Source of the DNA: an uncultured Acidobacteriota bacterium
Lineage (GTDB): Bacteria; Acidobacteriota; Terriglobia; 20CM-2-55-15
NCBI GenBank assembly: GCA_963836435.1
Contig: CAWIJI010000015.1
Span: 318 to 64,317, forward strand
DNA length: 64,000 bases
Reading direction: 5' to 3'
The notes beneath the pieces were generated by a model that was not told the origin of the DNA, ran no database searches, and worked only from the letters and a program-made list of their open reading frames with translations. The position numbers were made by a program, and so were the translations under genes. Position 1 is the first letter of the stretch. The number at the start of each line of letters is the position of its first letter. Shown one piece after another: positions 58,752 through 64,000 of this stretch.

Positions 58752-59741
58752 CTACTTAACCCAACCCTTCAGCGTGTCGGCCACGGCGGTCGCCCAGATC
58801 TCGTAGCCCTGCGGATTGGGGTGAAGGTGTCATTGCGGAAACCGATGAGGCGTCCCTGATCGTCGAGGAACTTGTCGTTAATGTTCCGGAAGAAGACGTG
58901 TTTGCCATCATCCAGCCTGGCGATGATCTTGTTGGCCTCGTCATTCCTCATGCGGCTGGCATCGGTCGGGCCTGCGCCGCGCGGAAAATCGCCAGGAGCA
59001 GAATCCTGGCGTCCGGGAAAGTCCTTGCGCAATTCATAGATATCGGCGCCGACGCCCTCGGCAATCTCTGACTGCGGAGTTACCTTGACTATTGTTGTTC
59101 GTACCAATCATGAGCATGACGGCCTTGGGCTTGTGGCCCTGGCCTTCACCATTTTGCAGGCCCCACAGCACGCCCTGCGTGGTGTCGCCGGCGACCGCGA
59201 AATTCGCAATTTTCACGTCGCCGAAATACTTCTGCTGCACATCGGCGCCGCCCCCTGGGCCGCGGCCTGCTGCCACAAATCGGTAATGGAATCGCCGTCG
59301 AACAGGATATCGAAATCTCCGGTTTTGGCGGTCTCGACGAAGCCATCGTGGCGTTGCGGTCGTGCGCACGGAGTCTGAACTGGGGCGATCGCCGAGTTGG
59401 GCCGCGGCGCGGTGACGGCTGATCAGGTCGGCATACTTCTTCAGTACCGCGCGATCTGGCGACGTGTTGGAATCCACGAATCGCTTTAGAGACGCATTGA
59501 TCCTTTCCAGTTCATCGGCAGTGGGGCGCTGAATGGCCACTTCTGGAGGAACCGGTGCCGGAGGGCCCGCAGGCGCCCCACGCTGTCCCCTGCCGCCTCT
59601 GCCACCAGGCGCCTGGGGCGGAGCCTGGACTGGCGCCGCCAGCACTGCGCCCCCTGCCCTGCCGCCGCCCAAAGTGGCGCCCATCACTGTCGTCACACCC
59701 AGCACAGCAGCAAAAGAAATCCCAACCCAGTGTCGTTTCAT
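58752..59741 (-). CDS. Exported SGNH/GDSL acetylesterase (PAF-AH Ib-like), frameshifted
   Basis: Signal peptide; ILFDGDSITD (shifted), NFAVAGDTTQGVLW, MIGTNN, VIL-PRG-like segment, NDTFTP...GYEIWA. Confidence 0.78.
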
Positions 59742-59822
59742 ATGCACTCCTTCAACATAAGTTCCGGCAACATAAGTTCCGGCGCACCGCGCACGGAAGT
59801 GCGCCAAATTCATTCATGCTAC

Positions 59823-60803
<981 letters not shown>

Positions 60804-60856
60804 AAGACGAATACTCCTTCAGTTTCAGAGAAAGTTGGTTGACTCATTGGCATAGT

Positions 60857-61820
60857 CTAGTTGACCTTCGCGCCCTGGTCGTAGGGCTTCAGGCGGACGA
60901 ATCCAGACATTCCGATAGCGGACGCGCGCACGCCCCTGAAGCTGCAACGGCAACTCCGGATCGTGAGGCGTGTACACGTGCGGCGTCATGGTCGGCGTGG
61001 TGGTGCCGTACAACTCCGCGCGGTTTTGCACGACCACGCCGTTCCAGAAAATCGTAAAGTAGCCGGGCGTCACCCTGCCAGTGAACCGTGGCGCCTCGAA
61101 CACGATGTCGAGCGATTGCCATTCGCCGGGCTTTCGGGACACGTTCACGAGCGGCGGCCACTCCCCATAGATCGAAGCCATCATGCCGTCGGCGTACGTC
61201 CGGTTGTTGTACGAGTCCAGGATTTGGATCTCGTACCGGCCCATAAAGGTCACGCCGCCGTTGCCGCGATCCTGGCTTGTGCCCGTCACGTCGGCGGGAA
61301 TGGCGTATTCCAGGTGCAACTGGACGTCGCCGAAACTCTGCGCGAGTCGAAAGGTTGCCGCCCTGAGCCTCGAAGTAGCCGTCGCGCGACTGGCCAGGTC
61401 GCGGGAGACTCGGCGCCATTCGGTCCACGATTCACCCACTGCGACAGATCTTTGCCATCGAACAGCACGATAGAGTCGGAGGGCGGCGGGACGCTGACCG
61501 TTTCGCCCGGCGTGACCGTCGGCGGCTGCGGACGCTCCGGCATCGTGAATTCGCCATCGCGTATCGGGATTGAAGGCAGTGTCCGTGAATCCCCACACTT
61601 CGCCGTCCGGTCCGGGGACGGGGGTTCCCTGTCCAGCGCCTCCGCGTGCGCCACGGCCCGCTCCGCCACGACCCGCAGCCGGCTGCGCCGCACCTTGACC
61701 CTGCGGGGGCCCCTGCTGGGCCGAAACCAATATGCCCGACAAGCTACTGCCGGAAATCGCCAGACCCACGATACCGGCGAGCGCCAAACTGCGTATGACT
61801 TCAGTGTGATGACCGATCAT
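60857..61820 (-). CDS. DUF1080 / 3-keto-disaccharide hydrolase family protein, frameshifted
   Basis: PPPSDSIVLFDGKDLSQW (shifted frame), FGDVQLHLE, RGNGG, YEIQILDS, YADG, W-Q-x-L-D-I, VRYRNVWIR. Likely stop TAG at 60857-60859. Confidence 0.82.
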
Positions 61821-61838
61821 GAGAATCTCCCGATCCTC

Positions 61839-63477
61839 TCAATAGAGAGTAAACGCATACAGTGTGTCGCCGATTGCGACCAGAACGTGCTGGCGCCCAT
61901 CCACCAGATACGTCTGCGGCGCATTGGAGGTGTTGCCGATGCGGGTATGCCAGAGCGGCTTGCCGTCTCGCGCATCCCGTGCCACGAAATTGCCGCTGCC
62001 GTCTCCGGACAATAACAGCCCTCCCGCCGTTGTCAGCAGCCCGGCCCCGACGCCGCCGCCCGTAATGGGTTTTCGCCACGCGACGCGTCCGGTCTTGTAG
62101 TCGATCGCTGTCAGGAAATCGCCGGCAGAACCGACAATCGAAACCGTCTTGCCGCCCAGTCCCATGGAGCCGCGCGGATCGGGGTCGCTCAGGTACAGGA
62201 GGTCGAAGCCATTGTGTTCGTTCACGTAAAAGAGGCCCGTATCCGGGGAGAACGCCGCCGGGGGCCAGTTCGTCACGCCGCTTTCCACCGGAGAAACCAG
62301 CGACCCCGGAATCGTCGCTTCCTTGCCAGGGTCCGGTTCGACAACGCCGTTAGGGCGCGTGCCTTTGGCCCAGTTCGCCGTCGAACCGTACCTGGCTGTG
62401 ACGATGTTTTCGCCGGTGACGCGATCGAGTGTGAAAAAGTAGCCGTTGCGCGCCGCGGTCGAGACCAGTTTGCGCGGCCGGCCATTGATCGACGCCGTCA
62501 ATCAGCACCGGAGTCTGCGCGGAATCCCAATCGTGGGTGTCATGCACGGAAGTCTGGAAATACCAGGCCATCTTGCCCGTGTCCACGTTTACGGCAATCA
62601 GCGAACAGGTGAAAAGGTTGTCGCCGGGCCGCCCGGCCCCCGTGTAGGCCGGCGTCGGATTACCGGTTCCGAAGATGTAGAGCTTCGTCTCGGGATCGTA
62701 GACTCCGGGAACCCAGACCTGACCGCCGCCGTGGCGCGCCGCTTCCAGGTTCGGCCAGGTTTCGAGCCCGGGGTCGCCCGGGTTCATGGGCACCGTATAG
62801 AACTTCCACTGCAGCTTTCCGGTTTCCGGATCGTAAGACTGAAGGAATCCGGGCGCATCAAGATCATTACCTGTTCCGACCAGCAGATGGTCACCGACAA
62901 CCACCGGCGCCATGGTCGAGAAATACTGTCCTTCGAAGTCCGCGATTTCAATGTGCCAGCGTTCCTTGCCCGTCTTTGCGTCCAGCGACACCAGGTAGTC
63001 GTCGGGAGTTTCGAAGAACAGATAGTTGTGCCAGATGCCAACACCCCGATTGCCGGTGTGGGTGCCCCCGCGCGTTCTCCAGAAGTAATGCCACAGCAGG
63101 CGGCCGTCACGCGCATCCAGCGCCCAGACATGGTCGGCCGCCGTGGCATAGAGCGTGTCGTCAACGTACAGGATCGAACCCGAGACGTTCCCATTGGTGT
63201 ACTCACCGGCGCCCACGCCGCCGAGAATCGTCTGTGGGCTTCCAGCGGCGCCGTTCAGACGCGCCACCCAGGACAGGGTGAGATTCTTCACCGTGTTGCG
63301 GTTGACCTGCGTGAGCGCACTGAAACGGCGTCCGGTGTAGTCCCCGGAGTATGTGGGCCAGGTGTCCGACAGAGGCTTGAGCAGGAGAGCAGGGTCGAGT
63401 CCGCCGGAAGACTGCGCCGCGGAGAGAACCGGCAGCGCCGCCAGGAAAATGAGCAGGAGGATCCTTCGGATTTTCAT
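61839..63477 (-). CDS. Acido-empty-quinoprotein group A-like PQQ beta-propeller, frameshift near 62490
   Basis: LLKPLSDTWPTYSGDYTGRRFS, HTGNRG, NDLDAPG, GGGQVWVPG, GTGNPTP, HDTHDWDSAQTP, ARNGYFF, APQTYLVDGRQHV. Resembles TIGR04528 as recalled. Confidence 0.8.
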
Positions 63478-64000
63478 TTCAGGGTTACCAGGTATGCCGT
63501 CACGTCGTGGATATCCTTGTCCGTGTAGACGGAAAGCAGTTTGAGATGGCCTTCGCGCGGGATGCGGATTTCAACCTTCGGCACATCGCCTTCGCGGCGG
63601 AAAGAACGCGACGTGCCGTCCGCCAGCGCGAGCGCGACGACGAATTCGTCGGCGCGAATGACTCTCCCCTCGACCTTTTGCCCGTTGCGCAGGGTTACGG
63701 TCGCGGTCGACGGCGTGGATCCCGCCGCCGCGTCCCCCGGTGCCGCCGGTGACCCAGGTGTTCTGCAGCTGCGCGGGATTTGTAAACCGCGCGCCGATTC
63801 CGCGGAGATCTCCCGTTGCCGAATGACAGCCGGCGCACTTGGATTCGAAATAGGAGCGGCCCGCGGCCGCATCGCCCACGAGCACGTTGAGAGACACCGG
63901 CGGACCGGGCGGCGGAGACCCTTGCCCCCGCGCTGTTGCCAGAACGCTATGGATGTACTCGGCGATGGCTCGCGTGTCCTCGGCTGGGCAGATCGATGGG
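63474..64000 (-). CDS. c-type cytochrome, 3' part (runs off the window; frameshift near 63720)
   Basis: IAEYIHSV...GDAAAGRSYFESKCAGCHS, then TVTLRNGQKVEG...YTDKDIHDVTAYLVTLK; overlaps the quinoprotein start. Confidence 0.78.
   Translation of the reverse strand, partial: HRSAQPRTREPSPSTSIAFWQQRGGKGLRRPVRRCLSTCSWAMRPRAAPISNPSAPAVIRQREISAESARGLQIPRSCRTPGSPAAPGDAAAGSTPSTATVTLRNGQKVEGRVIRADEFVVALALADGTSRSFRREGDVPKVEIRIPREGHLKLLSVYTDKDIHDVTAYLVTLK

Overview
GC-rich bacterial chromosomal window, most likely Acidobacteriota (inferred from a TIGR03435-like gene, an acido-empty-quinoprotein-like gene and a DUF1592/DUF1552 cluster). From left to right it holds: a six-gene alpha-glucan/trehalose operon (glgE-glgX-glgB-treZ-treY-treS, minus strand, five 4-nt overlaps); an EAL/HDOD protein and an esterase; a degenerate MBL-DUF1592-DUF1552-ankyrin-ung cluster; tandem cupins; a TauE/DsrE-like/TsdA-like sulfur module; an AT-rich mosaic glyco-island with a group II intron scar and gene remnants; an ECF sigma triad; a PQQ-like/MBL/cytochrome c cluster; a Tat-exported Mo enzyme; and a sucrose phosphorylase/fructokinase/MFS locus joined to three esterases, a DUF1080 protein, a quinoprotein and a cytochrome c. 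Intergenic DNA carries two nested palindromic repeat families: one copy shows one element inserted in the other between 14-bp direct repeats, an empty copy is present, and a third copy is inverted. There are also three long inverted repeats. At least eight unrelated, mostly exported proteins share Gly/Arg-rich (RGG) inserts. Many genes are split by single-base frameshifts that look like assembly errors, so their boundaries are reconstructed by hand. Family assignments come from recalled motifs, not database searches. No rRNA, tRNA, CRISPR array or intact transposase was seen.
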